A stretch of 62,747 nt of DNA, filler included, from Folioceros fuciformis (GCA_049999805.1; 8 parts of 8 records of this genome joined end to end with filler, not necessarily neighbours in it); one strand, 5' to 3'. Counted from the first letter of the whole stretch, positions 48,326 to 61,722 are shown. Notes: generated by a model not told the origin, from the sequence alone. Numbers and translations are program-made.

Positions 48326-48992
48326 GTGCACAAGCACCACAGAATACATGCTGAATGATGACGACGAGAAGTGTGAACAATACGATAAAAAAACATTATT
48401 AAAATATGACATGATAAACGATGTGTCACACTTATAAGATGGACAAAAATACTTAGACTGACCAATATATTTATCTTTTGAAAGTGTGAAACTGTAAACT
48501 AGATGTCAGAGCTAGAGTAAAGTCCTAACTAACTGTGGGAGGTTCACCTTCCAGGTGCACTCGGACTACCCGACAAGGAAGGTTTTGCTACCAGCTACAG
48601 TGAAACCAAGAATCTAAGACCTAGGGGACGCAATGCACAGAGCATCCAATATCTGACATGACCTAGATTGTCCTTCATATCCGAAGTCCTCAGTTGGGTT
48701 CATCCTATAGAGTTCGAACAACTCTAAACTTCTGACCCATCAAAATAGGAAGTGGGGGAATCATTTACAGAAAGCCACTACGCATCTTCCAAACGATTGG
48801 GGCGCATCGTCCCAAGCATCATGCGAAGTAGCCAGAACATCGACTTTTGCATATGCTCTTCGTCCTCGTCACAGGTGCCGTTTGTTGTCTCTGCAGATCG
48901 AGTTCTTCCACCAGGCTTCTCGTGCAAAGACACAGGCCACAAAATGTGCCAACGCGTCCAGGTATGCGATAGTCGTGCAGCTGGTTTCAGGA

Positions 48993-51900
48993 TCACCTGA
49001 ATTTACCTCTCTTAGGAGGAGGGCCTCTTGAGTCCCGTGGATCAGGAGCTCGAGCTTTACCAGCTGCCTTCGCTTTCTTTCTTCTCCTGTCATCATCACT
49101 ATCAGACTCCTCACCTTTTTCTCTGTCTTCCCTGGTTGCTTGGGCTTCCAGTTCATCCCAAGTCATCCCTTCCTCCTCGTCCTCTTCTTCCTCCTCATCT
49201 TCCTCAGATTCAACCACAGACTCATCATCAGAGTCATCATCCTCCGACTCAGATGCTGCATCCACATCCGAAGGTTCATATGCGTCAGACTCCGCCGATT
49301 TGTCGGACTCAGAGTCGCTGACCTCCAAGTTCAGAAACTCCCAGCCTCCATCTTCGATAAATTTATCTGGATCGTCGAGAATGGTCTTCAGTATAGGACG
49401 CCAATTTAAGTTCAATCTACTCTCATAGTACTTGATGTTCATTGAGTTTAACCATTCCTTCATGCCGTCCAATGACGTGGAGGGAATAGCATCTATCCTG
49501 AGCACGTCACGCTTGAAATCCTTAAAGACTATCGCCATATCAAAAGCCTTCTGGCCAAGTCCAACCCTTTCCAAATTGACTATCTCAATGTCATTAAGGG
49601 TAACTACCAGAAAAGGAATCTCTATGAGCTCCACCAGACAGTTCACAGTTGGAACAATGAATGCTGACGATTTGCTGGGAACACCATGAAATCCAAGCTC
49701 TCGGAACGGTATATCAAACTCAAGGTCCAACTCTCTCCAGGGCGATTGTTCCCAGACCTCCCCCATCTTCTTGACAAAGTTCTGAAACTCTTGATTGATC
49801 CTATTCCTCCTGTCTCTTTCCTTTTGCTCCTCTTCAATCTCATCAGGATCATGGTACGTTGAGCGCCGTCCACCACCCAACGTCTGCACAGACTCCATAA
49901 CTTCTACATAAAATTGCACATCCTTGGCCTTTTTAGTACCTACCATAATAGGATTATGTAAGTGAAAATGAACAAGAGTAATCATCTCCTTTTCGGCTGG
50001 CTGAAAGAAAGCATGTTTGATATTCCTGTACATAATATCCACCCGCTCATCGTGCTTCATAGTGGCATAACGGAAACCGTTGGAATGAGCCTCCAAAGTT
50101 CCGCTCATCTTACGACCCCTGCCTCCAAATGGAGGTCGAATCCACAGGTCAGCCAGCCTAATCGGCCTCTTCAAACCTCCAGGTGTCAGCTTTTCCTGAG
50201 TGACCAAAGTTGCTCTCTCAGCTTTTTCGGATTCTCTTTGGGCAATCTGTCGACGCAACGTTTTAATCAGTTGAACCACTTGGTTGGCATGCCGAGTATC
50301 ACTTGACCTGAAGGATATCTCTTTCATATAGATGGACCGCGGGAACTTTTGAAAGGGTAAATCCGTTGTGGAAAATCCGGCTCCAGGGACATTGAAAATG
50401 ATGCGGATATAACAGTGGCCACCATCTTGTTGGCTTGAGACGCTTTTCACTGTGTAGATGTGAAAGGGGACCATTAAACCATAGATTGGCAACAATATAG
50501 CTTCATTTTTCTGATCCACCTGCAACCATGGCACAGCGAATTGATCACAAGAGGAAGCCACTGCCAACAAGAGCACTACAATCAAAAGATGCAGCTGGGA
50601 ATGGGGGCACATAAACGTAAGCGCATGCAGACCTGAATCATAAGCTCTCGCACTGTGGGGATATCATCAACATTCCGATATGCAACAATGTCACCAATGA
50701 CTTTGGAAGATCCTTGGGTGTCAGCTTGACCAAGACCTCCAGCAGCCAACCTCCTGGCAGTTTCTTCATTCTTCTGCCTCGCCAGTTCTTGCTGGTGCTG
50801 CCTCCTCTGCTCCTCCTTTGTCATCTCTTGAGTATCAGACCTAAGTGCTGTCTTGTAACCGGAAGACTCAGCGCCATTTGCATCAGGCTTTGGCCGGGTC
50901 TTCCTTTCTTGCCGTTCCTCGGGCTCATCCTCCTCCTCATCTTTGAAAGAATAAGCAATATCACTGAACGACTTAGAGCAGGCACTGGTGAGCACCTCCT
51001 GACCCTTTGATGCACTCACCACAACGGTGTCTGCAAGCAAGAGAGAAAACTTGGACGTCGCTGGATCCTTCTCCTGCTCAGTGGCCAGATTCTGAAAGCC
51101 GATGCTTATGTTAAAGGCCATGCCTGGCTTGATGACGTGGTCATTCTTTGCATTGAGCGTGGTACCCATCTCTCGAAACTCTATCCCTATACTAGTTCCT
51201 GCACTCTTGGTCAAGTTGGCCAAAAATTCTGGTGCATCCTTCTGCACCACGCTGTAGGCTGCTTGATAAGGCGCAGACATCTGACTGTCCGGCTTGAGAG
51301 CATTAATGGCAGCCTCATGCGCTTTAAGGAGAACTTTGTAAGCCTTCTCCTGCACCTTATCAGCATCGATGAGGTAAGTCCTGGCCACATTGGAACAATA
51401 AGAAGCATACCTTGCACCGAGCGCGCAGATGATGACTCCTGTGGCGTCGTAGTAGAGCGGGTCATCAGTGCTGACTGCACTTGGCCTGAGATCAAACTCA
51501 CCCCCGGATTGAAACACCGGCGGGAAGCAAATATCCACGTTATCGGGCTTGTAATTCACCTTCACCTTGGAGGGCTCAAGGATAGCTTCCTCCGTCTTCT
51601 CCATGAGCTCGGCATGAGTAATTTTCTCTTCCTCATCGATAGCCACCTCGAGCTTGGGTACCACAAACAACTTCATGACGGAGGCGCTCAGGAAGGAGGC
51701 CCTTTTAATGTGCGCGATCTCCTTCTCATCCTTGACGAGAAAGAGCTCGCCGATGGCAGGCGCCACGTCCACCTTGGCGAGCCCCGAGTCGCCTAAAACC
51801 TCCTCCCACTTCTCCATGAGGGTTCCCTCCGCCGCCTCCTTGGCCAGCACCCCGACCACAGGGCTTTCCTTCTTGGACTCCTGCTTGACGGCCTCCAAGA

Positions 51901-52146
51901 TGGTCTCCATCTCCGCGCCCCCTGCCTCGTTCCTGGCCCTAACGTGGATCACCAGCTCGACCTGCGCCTGCTGCCGCATGGGCTTGCGCAGCGCCTCCAG
52001 CATACCAGCCTTCTTCTGCGAGCACACCATGTGCAGCTTGCGACTCTGCAAAAACACCATGACAGTCTCCGGAAACTCATACCCTAGCAGCCACACATGC
52101 AATGCGGTGGACTTGAGGTAGCGCAAATCCTCGGACGTCTTCGGGG
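48993..52146 (-). CDS. SPT16: FACT complex subunit SPT16; 5' end truncated by spacer; one intron at 50520-50632
   Basis: LRYLKSTALHVWLLGYEFPETVMVF, CFPPVFQSGGEFDLRPSA, ICALGARYASYCSNVART, RRQHQQELARQKNEETARRL, VDQKNEAILLPIYGLMVPFH, GTLEAHSNGFRY, IKHAFFQPAEKEMITLVHFHL, FDIPFRELGFHGVP, LNWRPILKTI, acidic tail. Confidence 0.98.
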
Positions 52147-52246
52147 NNNNNNNNNNNNNNNNNNNNNNNNNNNNNNNNNNNNNNNNNNNNTTAATTAATT
52201 AANNNNNNNNNNNNNNNNNNNNNNNNNNNNNNNNNNNNNNNNNNNN
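52147..52246. other. Artificial contig spacer
   Basis: N44-TTAATTAATTAA-N44. Confidence 0.99.
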
Positions 52247-52417
52247 CTCATTTCATAATTTGCAGCGGAATAATATAAATTACACTAGGGAAATTATAGA
52301 AATACATCTAATTTAGATGTGATGTTTTCTGAAAATTCTCCTTAGTATAGTCAATGTATTTGATAAATCAGTAGTAGCAAGTTATTGACGTCATAATGTA
52401 TACACCACTATAAACCT

Positions 52418-52636
52418 GCTCTGATACCATGTTAGAGTTTTGTAGAGCGGAGAGCTTGAGAAAATCAGAACAATGGTAGGCAAAAGAATAATACATTACA
52501 ATTAACAAAAATGTTTAAATACGTAAATGAAATGTCTCTTCATATTAGGGCTAATTAATCAAGGCTAATTATGGTAAATATATTATCAACCCTAATCTAA
52601 TGACATGGTTACCAAGACCTGGTAGGTCTCTTAACA
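52418..52636 (-). mobile_element. Ty1/Copia-type 5' LTR (about 207 bp, 52430-52636) plus tRNA-Met primer-binding site
   Basis: The minus strand reads TGTTAAGAG...CTCTAACA immediately followed by TGGTATCAGAGC (52418-52429), the canonical tRNAi-Met PBS. Confidence 0.85.
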
Positions 52637-52830
52637 ACTACTTGGAGTGTTACAAATAGTATGAGCTTGAGGGGGAGTGTTAGAAATCAAGCTCTAACTG
52701 AATTGTTATTAAGAGCATACAACACTTAGGATAGTGTAGATTATCCCATATTGAACTCGTAGTTATCTATCACCTAAGTGTTATCAGGATATACTAGGAT
52801 ATTGCACCCTCGAGACTAAGGCTTACCTTA
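52637..52830 (+). mobile_element. 3' end of a second Copia element: polypurine tract and start of 3' LTR
   Basis: ATGAGCTTGAGGGGGAG|TGTTAGAA is the classic Copia PPT-LTR junction, with the LTR starting at 52678. The downstream end is not defined. Confidence 0.7.
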
Positions 52831-53579
52831 TCGAGGTTTGCCCTGCCTGAAGGCTATATATGTAGCATCTTGTGCACCATAAGTAAGGAACTGTGGAGTC
52901 CTTCTAGGCCTGTGGCCTATTTCAACAATGTCTTGTATCAGTCCTTGGCCTTTGATATTTGTTTTGTCTAGGACCTCCTTAGCATTTGATGAACTACCTT
53001 TGAACGTGTTGTGCAATGTGCTCCTCATTGTGGGAACAACGTGGGGAGCCCTGTGATGCACTTTGATTTTAGGGTGACCTCTCTGCCCTTGGCATCGCAA
53101 TTTGAATGTGTTCATAGGGAGGTCTTGGGCAACGTATCTCACGAGTACTCCCTAGCCCTAGAATTCCTGTGCACTATCGAACTCTGCGAAATGGAAGAAA
53201 TTGGTTGGAATGCTAGGCTGCCGGTGTCTATAGCAGTCAACGTGATCGTGAAAGTGACACGATATGTCATCGTGAAACGAGTTTGGTTTTATGGCTGCTC
53301 ACACGCAACTTTCATGTTATCCGTCATTAACATAATGATCATCGATCCTTGGTGTTTGATTTCCCAAGCTGTTCCTGGAAGTTAAAAATAACAAGTAAAA
53401 AATAAGTATTTGGGGTCCCATCATATCTAAGTCCATGTGGAATAGTGAAACCACCCAACCCAAATCATGCAAGGCAGAAATGTGCATTGCTGCTCCACGA
53501 GTGGGTACAACAATCTCCACCACCACAGTTTCTTCAGCTGCAGGCCTCCAAAGCGACTTAGCTGCTTTCAGTGCCGTGA

Positions 53580-53958
53580 CACCATAACACATGACCCAGC
53601 AAAGGTTGGGTTCACAAACCCCACAGCAAAGCTCAGTCTGCAAAACCCACCAAATGTTCGCAGGTGCCAACTACATGGGCAACGGAGTGGCCCCCCAAAG
53701 GTGATTAACCTGGACACTAGCAAAAGGACCCTAAGAACCATGCAAGCTGACCTAGTGCAGCTGATCTACACCCATAATATAGTGCACCATAACACATGAC
53801 CCAGCAGAGGTTGGGTTCACAAACCCCACAGCAGAACTCAGTCTGTAGAACCCACCAAAGGTTTGCAGGTGTCAACGACAAGGGCAATAGAGTGTCACCC
53901 CAGAGGCGATTGACTTGGATGCCAGCAAAAGGACCCTAAGAACCATGCAAGCTGACCT
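53580..53958. repeat. Direct duplication of about 173 bp (53580-53752 and 53786-53958), diverged
   Basis: Both copies run from CACCATAACACATGACCCAGCA to GGACCCTAAGAACCATGCAAGCTGACCT with scattered substitutions. Confidence 0.9.
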
Positions 53959-54037
53959 CAAAACATAATGAGCATAGGGCGTAGACTTTTGAAAAGCGCG
54001 CATGTGGATGAAGTACCTACATAGCCAACTCTCCCGG

Positions 54038-56454
54038 TCAAAGTGCGTCGACGGCCATCTGCTCTAGATACTTCCGATAATCAGGAGCCAGCCAGTATAG
54101 TTGGACAATGTTCTTTGGCTCCTTCACCTGTTTGGCCATCGGATCTAGCGGGATCTTGCTAGCAAATACCATGTCCCATTGCATCATGGTTGGGACACCA
54201 CAGTCACCCCTATCCAAGAGTTGGAACACCGAGTGTTCCCCTGGCATTACTTCAAAGTACAAATCACAGACCACTATGGTGCCCGTTTCAAATACCTCTC
54301 CACCCCACGCCCAGTCAACATAATCTTCCTACAGAACTTCAAGAGGAGATAATGCCTTCAACAGATACAATTTGACTTTCTCAACATTGCTCGGCGGAGC
54401 CAGCACCATGAACGTGTCACCAGCTTCTATATTTTCTCCACCCTCCTCGACTTCATTGGGGCACACCACCTGCTCCGCCGGGACACGAACTTTCCTCGGG
54501 CGGCCCTGTTCTCGAGATCTGCCGCCTTTACATTTAAGGGGTCCAAGCTTTGGCTCCTGATGACCTTGTGGTCTGTGCCTGGTTTGTCTTTGGCGGCCTA
54601 CACCCTCTTCCTCTTCCATGGGTACACCGGTCACCTTGGTGATATGGCAATGGCCTCTGCTTATGGGCATTTCATCCCCCATTGCTTGGCCATCTTCTAC
54701 GATAGAGTATTTGTGCACATCTGTGGCCAATTCACCATCCTTGTCCAATTCACCACCCCCGACACTGTCTATCACCAGAATGCCATCTACCTGGTCAGTT
54801 GTCCCTTCGGTCCCATTGAGCATTTGACCATCAGCTACAACATGTATCTCGTAGCCACTTCACCGATGACTGCCAAATCTCCATGTCGGGCAACATCTCC
54901 TTTAGCAGGTGGCCCTTCTAGTGTGTTGTCCACTACATCACAACTTGCCAATTCACATTGGTTTGCCACATTGCCGCTCGATGCCACTTCATCGTCCAAT
55001 GCCACATCTCAGCCCAATGCCACATCACCGTCCAATGCCACACCGCCACCTGATTCCACATCACTGCCCATTGCCACATCGCCGCCCAATGCCACATCGC
55101 CATCAGACGGCACTTTTTTTGCAGTGGGCACTATGTCACTATCGCCTGTAGTGGCAATAGGGTCAGCTGCCACACCAGGCGCTTTCAGAGATCTATGGGT
55201 TGCCCATGGCCAACCCGCCACCAACAGCTTGAATCTCATCCGGGTTTAGTGCCACTGTCCTGAAAGCGGGCTCCTTCTCCACGACCGGTGCACTTGCATT
55301 AGTTGATGCTTGAGAGGGAAATGCCCTTGACAGCCACTCGTCCACAGGAGGGAGCTCGGTTGGCATCTCCAACACTATCTCCAACACAATTCGGGCTCCC
55401 TTTTTCACTTTTACCTGCACCTGCATGCTGTTGGGGGTCAACACTAAGTACCTAGTCACACTTTTTCATGTTGTGCAAACATTGTCCTGACAGAAAGGGA
55501 CTGGTTCTGTCCTTGGAACAACAATGTCGGGTGTGTTCAGCACATAATTTTGCATCCTCCAGCAATTTTGCGTTTGTGGCCTGACGTGATGAGTAAGGGC
55601 TGTTCTTGGAGGAGTGATCTCCACATGGGTTGGTCCAAGAGTGTGGCCTGGCGGTGACAAGGGTGGAAGGCATCTGTACGTGCATTCAGATAAGCCAAGG
55701 ACACACCAATCAGAGCATATGACAACAACTCCCCCAGTTTCATAAACGACAGACACACGACACATGTCACTCACCTGGAGAGTCACTTAGCAACTTCCTC
55801 AACAGCTGGCGTGCACGGGCTCGATTTTGGGCACTTTAATACATAGCCCCTCCCGTTAAGCGATCCTCCTGCTATTTGAAGTCCCGCAGCAGCTCATGGT
55901 ACTTCCCTGTCCACTCCAGCTCCTGGTCCAGTTGCTAGTGTTCCAGCTGTACAACGCTTATGAATGGCCACCCCTTGGCTTTCAGCCACTGTGGGGGCAC
56001 TTACAACCAACAATCAACCCTTGGACAGCTCACAGCAAGCTGGAATGCTTGGTACAGACAAGCATTGTGGTAGCTATGCCCACAGGGTAGGAAAACAAAG
56101 TCGTTGCACGAAAACCACCTACAGTCACAAGACAAAGCCAGTAGTGAGCAAATGCACAAAACAAGCATGAGCGTGGAACACCAAATCCAGCGTTACCTTC
56201 CACACACTGAGCAAATAGTTATTTGGGGAAGACTGTTTGGCTTGCTATGAGAAGGCACAGGCACCCATTGTGGCACGAGCTGCTTTTTCAACGTCAAGCC
56301 ATACAATCGATAGAGGTTTTCATAGTACTCGTGCACCACAAGGCACCTATGGTCCAACTCTTCGTGTTTCTTCTACAATGCTTAGAGGGCACTTTCTGCT
56401 TCTACTACACGTTGTACTTGGTGTTGCACTCAAGCCACAACAACTTCCTCAACC
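54038..56454 (-). pseudogene. Intron-containing RING-H2 pseudogene with an AT-hook-like motif (probably transposon-associated)
   Basis: Splicing across the GT-AG intron 56196-56119 gives ITICSVCGRWFSCNDFVFLPCGHSYHNACLYQAFQLAVSCPRVDC. In-frame TAA/TAG/TGA stops occur where Gln/Arg codons fit. Downstream are GDVALG 18-bp repeats (about 54985-55102), GRPRK and IEAGDTFMVLAP. Confidence 0.7.
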
Positions 56455-56469
56455 TGCATCAAACCACCG

Positions 56470-56821
56470 TGTGAACCTCCAAAGTTTGGGGTAGTAGTTT
56501 GTTTTGGTTGAAAAAGGGTTAATAGTGGTATGGTTTGGTTTTGTTTTTCAACTTATTTTCCCTAATTTTCCTTGATTTTCTGGTCATTTTTCCTATTTTT
56601 CTTTGTGCTAATTAGGTTAATTGACCAGGAAATAGTTGGTTTGGTTATAAGAGTGGGTATAGGTTCGGTCCCAGACCTGGGAAGGTTTAGGTTCGGTACC
56701 AGGCCATAGGGTTGGGTGATTAGTTTAATATTAATTAAAGATATATAATATTAAATAATTAAATAATAATATAATAATATTAAATAATAAAAATAATATA
56801 ATAATGGTTTGAACATAGGAA
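56470..56821 (+). mobile_element. Terminus of dispersed LTR-like repeat family, copy B
   Basis: Starts TGTGAACCTCCAAAGTTTGGGG; reverse complement of copies A and C; runs into the spacer. Confidence 0.8.
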
Positions 56822-56921
56822 NNNNNNNNNNNNNNNNNNNNNNNNNNNNNNNNNNNNNNNNNNNNTTAATTAATTAANNNNNNNNNNNNNNNNNNNNNNN
56901 NNNNNNNNNNNNNNNNNNNNN
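56822..56921. other. Artificial contig spacer
   Basis: N44-TTAATTAATTAA-N44. Confidence 0.99.
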
Positions 56922-57273
56922 TGACCCCTGACACTGACACACCCAGATACCCCTTCCTATGTTCAAACCATTATATATTATTATATTATTATATTTTTAT
57001 ATTTTTAAATAATATTAAACTAATCACCCAACCCTATGGCCCGGTACCGAACCTAAACCTTCCCAGCTCTGGGACCAAACCTATACCCACTCTTATAACC
57101 AAACCAACTATTTCTTGGTCAATTAACCCAATTAGCACAAAGAAAAATAGGAAAAATGACCAAAAAATCAAGGAAAATTAGGGAAAATAAGTTGAAAAAG
57201 AAAACCAAACCATACCACTATTAACCCTTTTTCAACCAAAACAAACTACTACCCCAAACTTTGGAGGTTCACA
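56922..57273 (-). mobile_element. Terminus of dispersed LTR-like repeat family, copy C
   Basis: Same sequence as copy A, ending ...GGAGGTTCACA at 57273. Confidence 0.8.
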
Positions 57274-58489
57274 CTGTGCTACAGCTACAGCATACAACCT
57301 TGTGCTTGACTGGGAGGATGCAGCCTCCTGATTTAGTTCAAGTGGGTCAACTGAAAAAGGATTCAGGTCGGGGTTTGCACCCCTTCCAATACCACAACCT
57401 CTATGTCTGCCTCTTGGGTTTCTGGTACCCCTACCACGGTTGCTATGGGACATGAGCTAGATTTAGGGAGATGCCTGGTCATGGGACGCACGAGATAAGG
57501 ATTCTTGCTCCCATGACTCAAAGCTCACTGGCTGTGCTTGATTCATCTCCAGGTTTAACCAGGTCTGGTCAGGTTGCTTTGCAATTTTGTGAAAAACAGG
57601 AAGCCTGGACAGCAACTCTATTTGACGTGTGAGGATCACAATTTGTCTCTGGGAATTGATGACCCTATTAATCAGGTCACACACCTGCTGTCTATGTCTC
57701 TCTGATTCAGACCTTACGAGGTTGTAAATTTCCCGGAGGAATGGCTCAGGTTTAGGGGGATACGTGCTTGTGCAAATCTTGCAAGTGGAAATCTCACTTG
57801 CCTTCTGTGCATTAATTGCAAGTGAGTGACTAATTTCCTTGCGAGTTTGATTCCTAAGACTTGCTAAGGGGCCTACCTGGACAGGCTTCTGAAATGGATT
57901 GTTGTAACCACGTGATGTAGGCCTGGGACACGAATTGAAGAATTTTTGGAAACTTCTGTGCTATGCTTCTACACTTAGACTAGGGCTGCAGGCAAACGGG
58001 TCTACAGGTAATTTCCCCTTTCCACGTGCTCTCGGCATCCCGCCTTTCTATGAATAGTAGTGAAAGACAGTTTCTGCAAGAACCTTGTGCGCCATGTCTC
58101 CAGTCCTAACCAGCGCTAATTGCTTTGCAGAGATTACCATGCGGAAGTGCTCATGCGACAAATTTTTGATGCATTCTACACTTCTGTAGGTTTCGCAATG
58201 CTTAGGTAGGAACAATGGTGCATCCATGGCTTTGATACCATGGAAAATTACAGACTAGGATCGGTAGATTGCACGATTGCAGAAAAGAATTGATTAGATT
58301 GTTCGTGGCTGGGATAGGCCTTAAGCCAAGAAGTGTGTGCTGGTTCACGGTGTCGTGACCGGTGGTGACTGTTAGTTAGGTTACGACCTTCTATCAGGTC
58401 GTGACTCCCATGAAACGCCAGAGCGTTTCATATCCCGGCGTTTTGCCCTAATGCATAAATAAATAAATACTTAAATGCTACCTATATAT

Positions 58490-60490
58490 ATACATTTTTC
58501 CTACCACTACGGGTGCATACTGCCATAGCTGCAGGCTCCCCATAGTAACCCCCCATTGTGGTGTCCAGGCCTTCTAATCCCTTAAGCACCTTGGCCTTAG
58601 CCTCCTCCCAAACAGCCATGAGGGCGTCCTCCACGTGCATGGCTGTTGCAGCCCCTTGAGGTGCTGCTTGCTGCACCCCCGTCACCACTGGCTGGGCGAT
58701 CCTCACATTCTTTCTAGGGTTCTGGCAAAGCACGCTGCCTGCCACGTGCCCCTGTTGTTTGCAAGCATGGCACAACCTATCATAATCCCCATTGGCTTGC
58801 CTGGTTACTGAGGGGCAACTGTTGGCATAATGTCCAAAGCCCTGGCAAATTGTAGCATTGGACCACCCCCGCTGTTTGATTAGCAACCCTCCCCATTTGG
58901 TTGCTGCGACCACCCATGCCCATGGGATTTTGTAGAATGGAAGGGTGGGCCGTCTTGGGCTATTGCTGCCCTTGGGAAAACTCCTGAATTTGGTAGGAGT
59001 CCTCCACTGACCACTCCTCTTCCTCCCCCTCATAGGTCAACAAGTGCACCTTGGCCCCTTGACAATGGGTCTTGGTGTGGCCTTGCTCACCACAAGTGGA
59101 GCAAAATAGGTTAGCCCTACCACTAGTTGCAGCCCTCCTCCTCTCATGTTCCTTGACAGCATGGAGATGAAACTTCTCAAACTTGCTCATCATCTCCTCC
59201 ATCTTGGACTCTTGCTGCTCCACCTTCTTGGCTGCAGCCTTAGCCTCTTTCTTGACCTTCTCCACCTCCCTCTTGGCACTAGCCACCTCTCGTTTGGCCT
59301 TGGCCAGATCTTTGGCCTTCTTTGCCTCCTTCCTCCTAACCCCCCCCCTGCTCCTTCTTCTTCCGTCTTTTCTTGGCCGCCTCATCCTGCGAGGACTCCT
59401 CCTCCCCGTTGTCCTCCACTGAAGATGAAGAGGTCCCCGCTGTTGATTCTTCTAAAAAATCGCTCTCCTCGGAGGGATCTTCATCCGAGGAGGATGACTC
59501 CCTCTTCTTCTTCCCCTTCCTAGGCCTGTTCTTCTTCTTATCCTTCTCCCTCACTCTCTCCTTCTCATTGGATTTCCCCTTGCCCCAAGGATGAGACTCC
59601 TCGTAGTCGAGGGCTACCTTGATAACCCTATCCACATCCTTCTCTGCAAACAATTTCACGTGGCCCCCCATCCTAGATCCTAGGCCTCCAGTAAACCACC
59701 GAATGGCCTGCAAGTCCGAATGAGGGCCACAATGATCTCGCAAGCTATGGAACCTCTCCACATAGGCCTGTAAAGTCTCCTTCCTTCTCCTTCTCAAGGC
59801 CTCCAGCTTGGACAACACGTAGCCCTCTACGTCTATCCCCCTGAACCGCTCGCAAAAGGCCCTTTTCAGCACATCAAAAGTTGCTGAAAAGGTGCTGGCT
59901 TTGAGGTACTCCCTCCTATACCACTTGGCAGGCCCCCCACGCAGCACATGTGCTGTGCATCCGCTGATTCTTGGTTAGCAAGGGTTAGCTGTTCAAACCT
60001 CTCCACAAATTCATCCGGATCCTCATACCCCTTCTTCTCCCCATACAAGGGGTACAGCTGCTTGGTGGACATTGCAACAGCTGGGGCCGCCATGGTGCCC
60101 GCACTCACCACTGCAGTTGCGGATCCAACAGCTCCAACAACTGGAGTTGGGCTGATGTTGCTGAATCCTTCAGCCCATGCACTCCTAAGCACCTGCACAA
60201 GCCTGGGTTGAGGACCAAGGAGCAGACTTGGGTTAGGTTGCCCTAGATAAGGCTCCCCTCCCGCAGCTGAAAGTTGGGGGTCTTGCTCCAACGTGATTGA
60301 TTCCCCCAAGATCGGCTGGTTGCTTGCCCCTCTCCTCCTCCACGCTGGTGTGTGCCCTGGTTGTGCCCTCCTCAGCTCCCTTTCCACTGCTCTTTGCCTA
60401 CGCTCCAACGGTTGTTGCTGCCTCCTTGCTTGAGCTTGAGCTCCCCCTTCACAACTGGAGTTGAAATCTTCAGCTCCTATGCGGGGCATC
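58490..60490 (-). pseudogene. Frameshifted Ty3/gypsy gag with CCHC zinc knuckles; pol missing
   Basis: EDPDEFVERFEQL, LRGGPAKWY..FDVLKRAFCERF, LRRRRKETLQAYVERF, IRWFTGGL, and knuckles CSTCGEQGHTKTHC, ICQGFGHYANSC and CHACKQQGHVAGSVLC, spread over four reading frames. Confidence 0.9.
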
Positions 60491-60570
60491 CATCAGCCCT
60501 GCCACATTCCCTTATACAGGTCCCTATCCAAGTCAATTCCCTCTAAACCTTGATAACAATGTCACGCCCT

Positions 60571-61658
60571 GGCAACGGCGCCAAAATGTGGAGTGGAACT
60601 TGCACCCAAGAACCACTAAGAGCCACACTTCCCCTTTATTATCGTCGTAGTACTGGGATTCGCTACCAAGGGAGTGAACTAGTGTCAAGGTCCCCCACAA
60701 TCTCGCCCACACTGCCTAGATCTAATCCTATCTATCAGCCGGCTCCTAGACCTAACCACCCTACAGCAAAAAGACCAGAACCTTGTCTTCAACACCAACC
60801 ACAACCCTGGTTGAATGAGGACTCAACATCATCTTCACCTCCCACTTCTAGCTCCGGGTTTCAGCCGCCTCAGCAGCTAGGAGGAGGCCCTAGCCCTGGC
60901 CTCGACCTCCACTCTCAGCCCTTAGTGCCAGCCACCTCGGCAGCTAATTGAGAACTTCAACACCTAAGCTCCTCACCTCAGCGCAACCACTCCAAACTCC
61001 AACACCTCAAGTCTCTACTACAGCACTTCAAGTCTCTACTCCAACACTTCAACTCTTTAGCCCTTCACCCTCATGTCTCACTCCTGGATCTTTGGAACAC
61101 AACAGCCCCTCACTTGCAGTCCTTGAGGCAGGGATGTGCAGACCCAGGCTGGATAGCCTCCTCGGCTCACAGCCCTGCAGTCCGTTGCCTTGGAAACCCC
61201 TTAGGGACGTCAAGGTACCCCAACCACCCAACCAGCATGCAAGAGAGGTCAGCCCTTGCGGATCTAGCCACCCAGATCTCAGCAATTTTGGGAGCCGCCA
61301 CGTTCCCCTAGTGGCATGGGGAATCAAGGTCGAGGTGCATCGGCACATTGGATTAACCCTTTAACCCAGCAGCCTGCAACACAGGGTCAAGGGAACTCTT
61401 CACCAAAAAAAACCTCCCCCCTTAATGACAAGCCTGGCCTCTTATACTCCCTTGGCAAGGAACCCCCTGCCACTGCCTAACCAGGTTAGCACGCCTCAAA
61501 CAGAACCCTCCATTCGTCAAAACCCTAAACCTAACTCAGCCACAAATGGCAGCAAATGAAAACAATGTCTGGCACGCTCCTATTGAGCGTGTAAACAATA
61601 ATAGAAGGCAGGTAAATCAAAATCAAAATAGGCATAATCTTGTGGAGTAAATCCATCA
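60571..61658 (-). mobile_element. Athila-like 5' LTR (about 60587-61658) with tRNA-Asp primer-binding site
   Basis: The minus strand reads TGATGG...CTCCACA, then TTT TGGCGCCGTTGCC (60571-60583), the PBS typical of Athila/errantivirus-like gypsy elements, upstream of gag. The outer LTR end is inferred from a TG dinucleotide. Confidence 0.8.
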
Positions 61659-61722
61659 GCACACCACGTCATGGACGGCACGCAACCACGATTCGCCTGA
61701 TCTCTGTAGAGAACTACAGGAG

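Noticed and set aside
50714-52121. Plus-strand ORFs of 98-219 aa
   Set aside because: Antisense shadows of SPT16.
56470-57273. Large inverted repeat or Pack-MULE capturing the RING gene
   Set aside because: The arms lie on different contigs across an artificial spacer and lack a TSD; the TG terminus points to independent LTR-type insertions.
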